DNA of 64,000 nucleotides from Ascidiella aspersa (Eukaryota): NCBI GenBank assembly GCA_963924565.1, contig OZ004608.1, positions 13,640,001 to 13,704,000 of the forward strand, read 5' to 3'. Shown piece by piece: positions 13,374 to 24,474 of this stretch (position 1 is its first letter; each line of letters starts with the position of its first letter). The notes under the pieces were generated by a model. It saw only the letters and a program-made list of their open reading frames with translations, ran no database searches and was not told where the DNA came from. The position numbers and the translations under genes were made by a program.

Positions 13374-15628
13374 CGGCCTTTTAAGTCTGGTAGAAAGGTG
13401 GGGGTCGTGTTTCACATCTCACTAAAACGTAGACTATTCGAAGTTTGTAATTGTCTGATTCGACATAAATAATGCTGGTCAGTTTTTGTCTTTGTCTATT
13501 TTTAGCGTAACCCACGTGTCGCTTAACATCGTATTTTACGAAACCCAATTTTTGATTTGTCCTGGAGTTTTTTCAACCAATTTTTTTTCAAATGCAGAAT
13601 TGACTTGGCGAGTCTTTTTTAGACATTTGCTTGCAAGTTGATGTAGTGTTCTATGGTAACGGTACTTACACAAGAGAAGAAAATGCATTTGAATTTAATA
13701 TAACGTGTGTTTTTGATACATCCTATATTCGGGTATTTCTTCCCATTGGCACTTTACAGTTCACACAATTTGGTTATTAACACTTGGAAAGTGATTTGAA
13801 GTGTGCGTTTGATATATACAAAGTTTGATAACGCCGCGCGTGAAATAGTAACAATGTGTAACCTAAAAATTGTTTGTGATATTTGACGATATTGTTAAGA
13901 TAATAAGTTTATTTAAAGATACGTTAAGTTTATTGCTATTTTCTGCACTTTTGTCTACTGACCGATGTTATTTTGTTAATTGATATCACCAATTTATACA
14001 CAAAAATTTGAGCAGTTGATCCGTCCATCGGTTTTGCAGGGCTATCGTCGAAAGCTATTTTAATTGAAAACAGGGCTAGACATTCTTCACTGGAAATCGC
14101 CTCAACGTTCCTGTGTATCATTTGTTTAAAAGATCAGAGATTATTTATTTTAATACGCAATCCGACACAAGCTATTTTATAATGTGCATTCGATATTTTT
14201 ATACACATGTTTGGTTTTATTTTAATGTTATATTTTCTGTGCTGTGACAAAAAACAATTACCGTATTCTACACAAATATTGAACCTCACATCCACATCAC
14301 TGCCGGCTGGATATTTTGATCCCTAAGTTGCTTGCATGAAATCCTTAATCGATTTATTTCTGTTATCCACATTTCCGTTGTAAGAGTTTTGTGCACCACC
14401 TTATGTATCCCGTGATTCTTGGTCAAAATACAGGTTATCAAGGGCTGGATTACATTTGTACACACGTCTGTACATGTGCAGGCTACCTTATTGTAGTATT
14501 CTACACAAGTTATTTCCGCAATTAAAACATTTTGCCTAATACTCGCCCGTTCACTTGATGTGACTAACTGGTGAACTCAATGGTTACTTGAATTAACGCA
14601 GTACTAATTTGTTTTTCAGTATCAATTAATCTGATTTTACCTCTCGGTGTTTGCACACATACAACATGTTGAAAATCTTCCCTAAAAATATTTATTTCTT
14701 GTGGTTTTAACTGGCTTTTCGTTTATATTCGCAAACTGTCACTTTGGGGTCGTTTAATACTTTAGCCGTGCAATTCGATTGTCACATTTTTTACGTCGCA
14801 GCTACCACTCACTACTACCGTGTGCAGTGTTGTAAACAAGTCTTTTTTCAAATAACCATCGCACACCTCACTCAGTCGTAAGTTGGAAACGCATTTAGCC
14901 TCTTGTCAGTATTTCAAGAAAATGCAAACATATTATTGATAGTCCCAGGCAAACTCTTTGTGCCGATGACTCGAGTCAACTTGCTCAACATGGTTAAAAT
15001 AAACAAAAATATATTTTACAATTATCAGCAACTTTGTTTTTAGTGTTACAACACTGCCTATACGTCACCTTCAATAGGGCATTTTGCAGAAAACTTGTGT
15101 TGCAGACTATTTGTGCTCGAATTGTTCAATATCATTTTCTTCAAATTCTTTTCGCGGTTTGTTCGCTTGCGTTTATTGGCACTTTCCATGATTAAAATTG
15201 GTGCATATTTATTCCGAACGAATGTTTTTGTCTTTGTACGAAAAAAACATAATAAAATCTTCTTTAGACAACACATACGACTTATATTAGCCAACTTCTT
15301 GTAGCAAATTTAATTTGTATTAGCCGCAATGTAGTGACGTAACTTCTTTTCTTTTTGGTTTTTGCTACCACTAAGAGCTGCTCAGCCCCCTCCAGTTCCG
15401 TAACTTTTTTCTTCTATATAGATTTTATCTACCATAGGGTTTCAATTTAAGTGTGTTAAATAAACACGTTAGATAAATCTTTCCACGAAAATAAGAATTG
15501 CTTTGTCGCAGCATAAAAACACCAAGTTTGAATTTAAAGGTTGCCTAAGAGTTCTAGCCTAATTGTTTTTGTTAGATTAGTGCCAAAATTCCCTGTAAAC
15601 TGATTTAAATCCTTGTTTGATTTTAGAG

Positions 15629-15845
15629 CAGTGATTCTTAAACTTTGTGCCGTGCCACACCAAATAGGCCTTGAGATATCCTGAACTGCACCGCCAAACT
15701 GTTAGTGGTATTACAAACACACATGGACGTTATGAATGCGCAGTATATTTGATAAAATTGATAACAATATGGAAATTACATATACAAAGTGTTCCGCGAT
15801 AATTCTCTTTGTGTGCCGCAATCTAAAACAGGTTGATAACCACTC
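15629..15845. mobile_element. hAT-type MITE
   Basis: CAGTGATTCTTAAAC...GGTTGATAACCACTC with flanks TTTTAGAG / TTTTATAG (7/8 TSD). Confidence 0.7.
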
Positions 15846-16249
15846 TTTTATAGCGATATAAGTAGTTGTGAATCAGTTAATAGCCTGTGAGTCAGTTGAT
15901 AACGAGAGTGATTAAAGACCACAACACCGTAATAGTAGTTATTGTGTACTTTTTAATAACTTAGTTTTTACGATGTCGATACTTAACTGACAAACTTTAC
16001 TCGTTATTGAGATAAAATAATAATTCCCTATTTCATCAGTAACGTTTTTTTTCTTGATCTGTACGCATGATAAGTTCTCTAATTTTTAAGTCGTTGATAG
16101 CATGAATCTTTTTTGACTATCGATAACCGCTTTGAACTTGTCTGGAAGGCAATAACTTCATTTTACTGTACTAACCGTTTTACTGCGGTTTACAACGTGC
16201 TGGCTAGCGCTAAAACACGCAAATGTTTGCACAGTTCTGTCATTTGTAA

Positions 16250-17926
16250 TTACGAATTCAGGTTATTGTTTGGTAATTTATCACGCAAGTCTTCAATGAT
16301 GTCCACCAGCTTCGTTAACGTGCAAAGGGTTCTCCAACTGGAACCAGAGACGTACAACCTGAAAATATATTTCATTTTAGAATAAAAATAGCAAAGGTTA
16401 ACGATTTTAATAGTTATTTATAGATAGAGTAATAGAGTTTGACAGATTTTTTTATCCCGAGATCGTAAATCCTTAAGTTATCCTGCCCGCGATCTTCTGA
16501 CCTTAGAGTTTACGCCCTTCAAAAAAATAGTTTAATGTTTTCTCAATACCTAATAATTACTAAAATATATCCAAGTGATTTAGATCTCAAAAACTGTAAG
16601 TTTGGCCAACCATAGCGGCACATATACCAAGTACCATCAGGAGTGTTTAGGAGAACTAACCGAAATTAGTTACCCAATCAAAATTTTAAGCGAGCAAGGC
16701 CAGCAGTGTACAAAAATTAGCATGGGGTGCCCGACGTAAGCTACACAGGACAGTCGCTCTAACACCGAGCAAGGTAGGCTAGGAGGAGATTGACTTTTAT
16801 GTTACTGACCTGTGAACGAAATAATCGATTTTACCGGTATTAAAAGTTGTGAACTATAGCCTAAATTAGTTTAAAACTTATAACAGGTAGGATATTGTAG
16901 AGCATTATTTATTACCAACTAAGTGCTTTTGTATTTACGTTTTATGACGTCTGTGCTTATGTGACAGAATTATCGTCCTATGTTGAAGCAACGCTAAATT
17001 AAACCCAAGTGTTACATGCTAATTACATGCATTTTCCGTTATGATCTCTCTGCTGTCAGAATTTTGAGCTGGCCTATTTAAGATGCGTCATCCGCTTGAA
17101 AACGACCTTCTTAGTTATCGACTTGTACTGTTAACTGCGTTGATATTTGCAAGTGGCATATGCTATATGCTACCTTGCTTCGCCAATCTATAGTTTGAAA
17201 CTGGTTGTTCGTTCAACAACTAATGCAGTCCTAATCACCTTAGCGTCTTGTGATTGGCGAAATTAGTAACGCAACCTGAAATTGGAGTCAAAACGAAAGC
17301 GTCAATTAAAACACCGTTCTGTTTAATTCAACTAAACTAACTCAAGCCCCACAATATCTTGATATATGTTTTCAGTGCACCAAAAATTGCATTGCATTGA
17401 TTTGCATCTCAAAAATATGACGCCCTATTCCAGGGCTTATTTAGCCTACTTACACACAGATACTGGAGGGGTAACCGCAGCATTCGTAGGAAGTGGAACA
17501 CGAATCACCCAAAACAACACAGAACGGCGACTGTCGTAGGCTCATTCTGCGCTCTTGTTCTTGAAGGAAACCGCGTGGAAGTTGTGATGTTTCAACATCT
17601 TCTATTTTCTTTGGGATGTGTCTATGTCAAAGCTAGTGTTAGAAAAAGCAGATGTATTGACACTGATGATGCCTGGCTGTCTTCATTGGAGCACTGTCCG
17701 TCTGATTTAGTTCTGCAATGTTGTTATTAGCGTTTTAAGCTTGTCTTACCTTAAAATAGAGTTTTCAGGAGTCTCTTCCTCTCGATTTTGGGGATAACCC
17801 TGTAGAAATATATTATATTAATTTTCCTGTGAGGTTCCATTTTGCCTTTTTTATTATAGTTAACTATAAACCTACCGTACACACGAAAATCAAACTTAAG
17901 GAAAGTAGAATAACTCGAACATCCAT
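16250..17926 (-). CDS. Secreted prepro-peptide with an inhibitor-cystine-knot (knottin)-type C-C-CC-C-C domain, 125 aa
   Basis: complement(join(16250-16358,17454-17621,17750-17799,17876-17926)), all GT-AG, intron phases 0/2/2, 378 nt open. Protein: MDVRVILLSLSLIFVCTG-YPQNREEETPENSILRHIPKKIEDVETSQLPRGFLQEQERRMSLR-QSPFCVVLGDSCSTSYECCGYPSSICVLYVSGSSWRTLCTLTKLVDIIEDLRDKLPNNNLNS*. Signal peptide, acidic propeptide, basic processing site and six Cys. Not in the ORF track. Confidence 0.85.
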
Positions 17927-17957
17927 CACGATTATCGTTAATATCAAAGTAAGCTAT

Positions 17958-17993
17958 ACTGCTGATAGTTTGTTAGACCTCTTGCTATTTATA
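17958..17993 (-). promoter_or_regulatory. TATA box and Inr-like element of the knottin gene
   Basis: TATAAATA on the minus strand at 17993-17986, 60 nt upstream of the ATG, with an Inr-like TCAGCAGT about 30 nt downstream of the TATA start. Confidence 0.6.
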
Positions 17994-19269
17994 CTATACA
18001 TACGTCTATTCTTTCGCAATTGGGTCGTGTAAATTTTGAAAGGTGTCATCGACTCGCGGTATGAATTACAAACATTACCGCTGAACACGTGTGTGTTCTA
18101 GGATAAGAGTAGCTTTTCTCACTCAGATGCACCGTCCTAACCTTACGTGCTCATAACTGCGATTCTGGAGGCAATGAGACTTTTTGTAAGCAACGGACAC
18201 GCAACCGATTAGTCAAAACAATGTTGAACAACATTTTCTTTTTATTTGTTTAAAAATGCACTTGTTTAACTATACTTTAAATAATGACGGAATAAACACA
18301 AGCAACTGCATAAACTTAATGCTGTACCGGTAGCCTACTCATGTATTATTTCCCTTTACAAAAATACTTTCATTGCTTGTTACTTATATTCACTTTTTAT
18401 TTATTTGGGGTTGTTGTAGTGTGTGTGCTTCGTAACCCAAGACTGTATCTATTTTTTGATTATACACACATCCATTTTAGACATCTTTTTAGATCTGGTC
18501 GTTTACATCTAATTCTAATTGACTTTTTACAATACAAATATGACTCAATTTTATATTAGCGTCGTTATACGATAGTTTATCACAAGCCAATTTTGCAAAT
18601 ATATTTAACTGATATAGACGCAGTTTGTCTTCGTTCCAAAACACAACTTAACCTGCGAAGACAGCCGAACGTCACTTCGCACGCGATGTACTTCTCAAGA
18701 ATGTTTGTCAAGCAATTAGGCAATTAATTGGTGTGTGTTTGTAGGTTCCGAAAGCATCAGAAACGACGCGCTAAGTCAATTTAACCTTTACTTTAGTGTG
18801 CGTGAATTGGGACACACCTCTTGCTATAGCAAGTGCGAGTATACGTGTCTGACGCACGTACTTTCGTTTTGGTTTATCATAGCCTATTCATCAATTTGTT
18901 TGCGTCCCTAGGCTGTATAACCCAAAGGAAAGCCAAAGGAAAGCATTTATCGTTCACACACGGCGAACATCTTAAATGCCACGTATATATTCACACGTTA
19001 TTTGAAGTAAATCTGATTGGGTAAACAAAGCAGGTTAAATCTCAATAATTAGAAAGGAATAAACGACACCTTTAAGTTTAACAGGTACTTACATAAAAAA
19101 ATGCTTGCACTCTTTATCATACGATATTGGCCTTTAATAAAAAAATATGTTTCTAGTGTACTTGCTAAGATCAAAATGAAATGAAAGTTGTTATTCCTCG
19201 GGTTTGGCACAAAAACGGGAAGGTAGTCTGAAAGACTAGAACAGGCGAACAGATATAGGCTACCAGAAG

Positions 19270-20287
19270 CAGGGCCGGGCAACTTTTCCAGTCGGCGGGC
19301 CTGATATGGGAAAATGAAGTACTTGGCGGGCCGAATTCCTGATCGACATATTAATTGTACTGCCATAGCCTATACATGTTTTGTCGCATAATGACGGTTA
19401 ATGTTGTACTCTTTAAACACGGCAATACTTTCATTGCGCATCAAACATACTGCTTTCTTGCCGACTTGGGTGTAAAAGTACTTGGGCATCCAATCCTTGT
19501 TGAATTCGCAACTTTACGTTTTTGGGAAAATCTAAGGGAAAAGATTGATTGTAAATCTAATTTGGGAACAAAGCAACAATACAAGCAGAAAAATCAATAA
19601 TACCATAGTATAACACCAACGACATAGCAAAGCGAAATACGCAGCAATACCCAAGACAAAATAAGAACTTCGTCCGAATAAAAGACATAAATCTGTCGGA
19701 ATAAGTCATAAATTTTTCGGAATAAGGCCTAAAAGGCCACAATAACATCTGAAACTGTAAGAAGAGGATATGGGACGAGCCTTGGGTATGTCATCGGCCG
19801 TTTTGGTGTCGACGTTTGGGCGCCCTAGTTTGAAGGGCGCCGTTATGGCGCCTCTGTTTTGGCACCTGATTTCTGGCCCTGTGTGGGGTTATTGGTGGGC
19901 AATGGGTGGGGTTAGAAAATGGGTTGGTGTTGAAATTATTAGAGCTAGTGATGTACTTAGGGGTGGGGTTTGCGGTTAGGCAAAATGTTTTATGATTTCT
20001 GGTCATTTAGGTCTTATTACGACGGGTTTATGACTTTTTCCGATAGACATTATTACGACTGATGTTGTTCTTATTTCGATCTTATGGCTATTTTCGATCT
20101 TATGGCCTCTAATTTTAACCCAGAACAAAGAACTAAAGAATAACTAGCAATCACTATTATTTGATTTAGTAAGCAAGTAGTGGGGGGTTGCGGCAGACTG
20201 TTCCGCGGGCCACATTATCATGTAAGACCAGAAACTGCCTGCGGGCCTCTCAAAATCCCATCGCGGGCCGTATGTTGCCCGCCCCTG
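19270..20287. mobile_element. hAT-type MITE with a nested foldback element (~19563-20121)
   Basis: TIRs CAGGGCCGGGCAAC / GTTGCCCGCCCCTG. The inner element shares GTTTTG.TGTCGACGTTT.GG, ATAAGGCCTAAA and TCTGGTCATTTAGGTCTTATT with 59555-60178. Confidence 0.7.
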
Positions 20288-22948
20288 ACCTAGAGCCTCG
20301 TAACAACTTGACAGCTATGAGGTGAAAGTAAACTAATTTTCTTGGGAGAACGATATAAGATTTTTGTTACCCTAACGCATGACAATTTTTAGAGATGATG
20401 TCACAAAGTTACGTCATAACGGGTTGTCTAAACAAGTAACATATAAAAACCATAGGTTATCGTTCGATGTACTGCACAAAATGCGACTCAAGTCTTATAT
20501 AAAATACATTAAAGGAGATCCTGGGATAGCTGGTTAAAAGGGGACATACACTGGTAAAAAACAACCTTCTGTAAAAACTGTTTTACCAGAACGCCTTTAC
20601 TCCTGCTTCACAGGCAAAATTGTACTACGGAAAATGGCTGCACGTGATAATTCTGAACAAATATAGGCGTTATCTCATCATACACTGCAGTACTGCACGT
20701 TCACTTTATTGTCATATTCCGCAAGATTCAAAACAAAGCGTGCAGTAGAAAAGACACATGTTGATAGTCACGTCCAAAAGAGTAAACCACATTTGCGAAC
20801 ACCACAGGGAAGTAACGCTATCGCAAAAACACTAAAGGAAAAAAATTGACCAAGGAAATGTACTTTTTCCACAGTTTGTTGATTTTTATCCAATGACGTC
20901 TCCAAGTTAAGACGTCACATTTCGTCGGCGGCTCCACGATTTTTGTTTGGAAGGGGGCGTGTAATTTCTTAGAAATGATGTGATCCAAGTTACGTCATAA
21001 TGTGTTATGTTTATCGTTTAGAATAAAACTTGCTATGTCTCCTTTGGAGTGTAACAACGTTTACAAAACGGGCTACAACATCTCCTCTATTTATCGCTAA
21101 CATGGGAAACGTTGTTTTTTGTGGTTTAAAAAGTTGTTGTACTGCCTCACAACGTAAATACTTAACGCAAGTAAAAAGGGTAACCAACATTATTTCGATA
21201 CGTGAATTTTGCATGAAAAATTTTTAATATAAATTGACATCGTAAAGAAAGGAGACTTATAAAACAATTCTCATCGAAAATAGTAGGTGAAATTCTCGTT
21301 AGTCCACATCTAAATAGTCCCGACAGACGCGGTGACGATGTTAAACGCTATTGTTTGGTGTCGTTTTTCTTGGCTTAGAATTTAATTGGCGCGACAAAAC
21401 GACGCTTTACTGACTTTGCGAAACCAAATAAATATAAACACCTCTCCATGACGAAAAAACAACGCTTGGATTGCTTTTTTTATCGTTCTTAATGCTATAG
21501 TTTTGGAGTTCAACTGGCATGATCAAAATTTATTGCTGACTCTTCGAAAGCACAAGGTAACCATAGGGAAATACCAACGCTCGGATGTCTCAAATAGCAA
21601 TTGTTATACAGCATGTTTATAGCCAGAAAATTGTCAAAGACAGTTTTTTTTACGATTGAAAGTTTTTAAAGGAAGATTATACCCCCATCTGTAAAAAAAC
21701 AGCGTAATTTCAGACACAAAGATGTTTAATTAACTAACCGGGCTTAAAAATGTTAAGTTTTACCGACTCATATAGCTTCTTTATGTTATGCTAGTTCACA
21801 TTTATTCGTCTAAAATCTTATTATGGAGCTCTATTGCTATTTTATGTTTTACACTCTTTTTCGGGCTTCCTGCCTTTATTATCCTTTTGATCCCTATTTT
21901 TTCCTAGTTTTATGGTGACCATGTCAACATGTCAGAGACTAACAGTCGAATTACTTGTTTTTTTTTTTTTTAACAAATATTATTATATTGTATATCGGCA
22001 AAAATAAATATCAATTCGTTTTTTACTCACTTAAATAGCTTAGCATAGCAGGATTTATTGAGATTTGTGAGAATGGGTGATTTATTAAATTAACGCCATC
22101 ACGCTGCCGAAGCTTCTTGAACCTATTTTACTTAAATCTACTAAAGATAAAAAGAGCTCGAAATTGCCTTAATTTTGAAAAGTGGCCTAATGTCCAGACC
22201 TGGTAAAGAACGTTATATTTAAAGACTTGAAATAGGCAAAGACTTGTCAGACTCTTAAATTTCGGTCACCAGTCCTGCTATGACGTGGGTTAGAGATTTA
22301 ATCGCATACCTATTTTTCCTTTTAATTAAGCTGGGGCGACGATCACTAAAAAAATATGGGCGGCCACTTGAAAGCACCGTTGGTGATGTTGGTGTTGACC
22401 CTTTATAAACTTTACGCCAAAGGAAATCTCCATTGGTTCATTGAATAACGATTGAATGCTTTGCGTTTAGCATCGTGCCTAGTCGCATCGCAGGGAGGAC
22501 GCGTGTTCGCCTTTTAAATCGAATCAAACCTATTCGTCTAAAGGCGAGGCCTACGTAAACGACTGGCAGGGTTGAATCAATTCGTTCTCGACGGATGTGT
22601 TGTATGGCAGCAATATAGTGCTTTTTAGAAAGCGAGGCATCGCCGGAAAGACCGTCATCGCATCCGTGACGCGCGTGTCGCATGCAGCACTTTTCCTGAC
22701 TTTGTATTTCGCGCGTCTTGGCTAAACTCTTCAAATCGTCGCGGTCGTCACTCGGCAGGGATGCGCAAAATATCTCGGTGTTTCAGTTGTTTGTGGACAG
22801 CGAGACAACCTTTTTTAGATGAAATATTTTGGCTCGAGAACGATTTTGTTTTTCGCAGCGGCATTATGTGGATATAGTTGTATAAATGTGAGAAAGGTTT
22901 TTTTACCGCTATCAAATCGATGAAAAATGAGGCCCCATTAAGTTAACT

Positions 22949-23237
22949 CAATGGTTCTCAACCGGGCACCCTGGGGTGCCATTTCTAATGCCCAAGGGTG
23001 CCGAGAGATATTTAAAAATCCTTAAGAATCTGATTTTTGCTCAACTCTTTGTGTAAGATTAGAGAGGAATGAATCAGATTAAAACTTATTACTTAGTGCA
23101 AAGTTGATGTGTGTTGTTCCAGTTTCGTTAATTGTAACATTCTAGTGATTTACCTACGGAAAAATCTTGTAGGGGTGCCGCAATCTATTTAATATTTCTG
23201 AGGCGTTTTGTAAGCCACAAGAGATTGAGAACCACTG
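22949..23237. mobile_element. hAT-type MITE
   Basis: CAATGGTTCTCAA / TTGAGAACCACTG with flanks AGTTAACT / GGTTAACA. Confidence 0.7.
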
Positions 23238-24474
23238 GGTTAACACTTTAGGATTGCAATGCTTTCACCCGAGCTTGTTAGTTTTGAAACAACTAACGCA
23301 GAAGCTGTGTATGCGGTTCGAAAAAGTCGTACTGGGCCCTGCGCACCTTTTCGTCCGCTTTGCAAGTCGCGAATGGCCTCACATGCGGCAGGACGGCCGA
23401 TAAAAACGTTGCCGCAGCGCTCCTTAGCTGTGGCTCTGAGGTTTGGTGGCAATTGATAAGAGCAATCAGCAGCCGATTCACACCAGGCAGTTCGCGGAGC
23501 GATTCGCGTTAATCGAGCAAGGCATATTATGATTGCGCAAGCAGGAATGAAGGAAGCGTTTTAAGCAGTTGATAACGGTCGTTTTCTTACAAACGACAAT
23601 TGATAGCCTGAATATTACGATTGGTTGCTTAATGCTGTCAGGCCGACGCGAACTTACTCAATCAAATATGTGTTGCTCTTTTGTTTGCCTCAGTATCACC
23701 AAAGTGTTTTTTCGACTTATTGTTCGCAGTGCTGAATACTAGCCTAATGCTTTTATTTGCCTGTGTTTAAATGCCGTATAGTTTTAACGCCAATCAGAAA
23801 GGTATTGTCGAGTTTAATGTTCTTCGCTGGTCTCTAAAGGACATTATTTTACTTGGGGCCTGAAACGGCCTTGATTGTAGTCTTTGGAGCATAATGTTTG
23901 GAGGTTGGAGTAAGACGTAATATAGACTACGTTGAAACTGAATAAAGAGAAAACGTTCAAAATGATACCTACTTCTGTATTGGCTTTGATATTCGTATTA
24001 CACAATAAAGGTCGGTTGGTGTATGGGTTACGCGATTTGGCGACAAACAGTCCGCTAAGGCGGAACAACGGTAAAAGTAAAATTGTTTATGTTCGTGTAT
24101 TGGTCTATTGTCGGCCGCCTAAAATACTTAAAAAATCAGACCAACGCCGCGAAAACATCTTCATATGAACTTTTTTACGAAAACAAGTGATGACGCCAGA
24201 ATCGTGACGTCACAATACCGATGTTCCGCTTTGGTCAAACTGCCTATTGGACAGCAATACGCCCCTTTGTAGGCGAAGTGTGTTTTCGACGAAACTCCAC
24301 CCGCTGTGCAGCGCCTCTGCGGGTCTTTATTATGAAGGCCGATTTGCCTTGCTCGCCACAAAGCAATAATTTTCGTGTGCTGTACTTTCAGGCTACTTGT
24401 CTTCTAAATATATTTTTTGCTGTGAAGAACTCGTTGATTTCCTTTACCTGAGGTGGTTTGAAAGGATTACACCA

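Noticed and set aside
17622-17712. Alternative acceptor at 17712 giving a GPI-signal-like C-terminus for the knottin gene
   Set aside because: It would need a 37-nt intron, shorter than any other seen here. The 17621 acceptor yields the complete six-Cys domain.
18000-24400. Short ORFs and possible further peptide exons between the knottin and the GPCR
   Set aside because: No set spliced into a coherent protein, and no second C-C-CC-C-C copy was found by eye.
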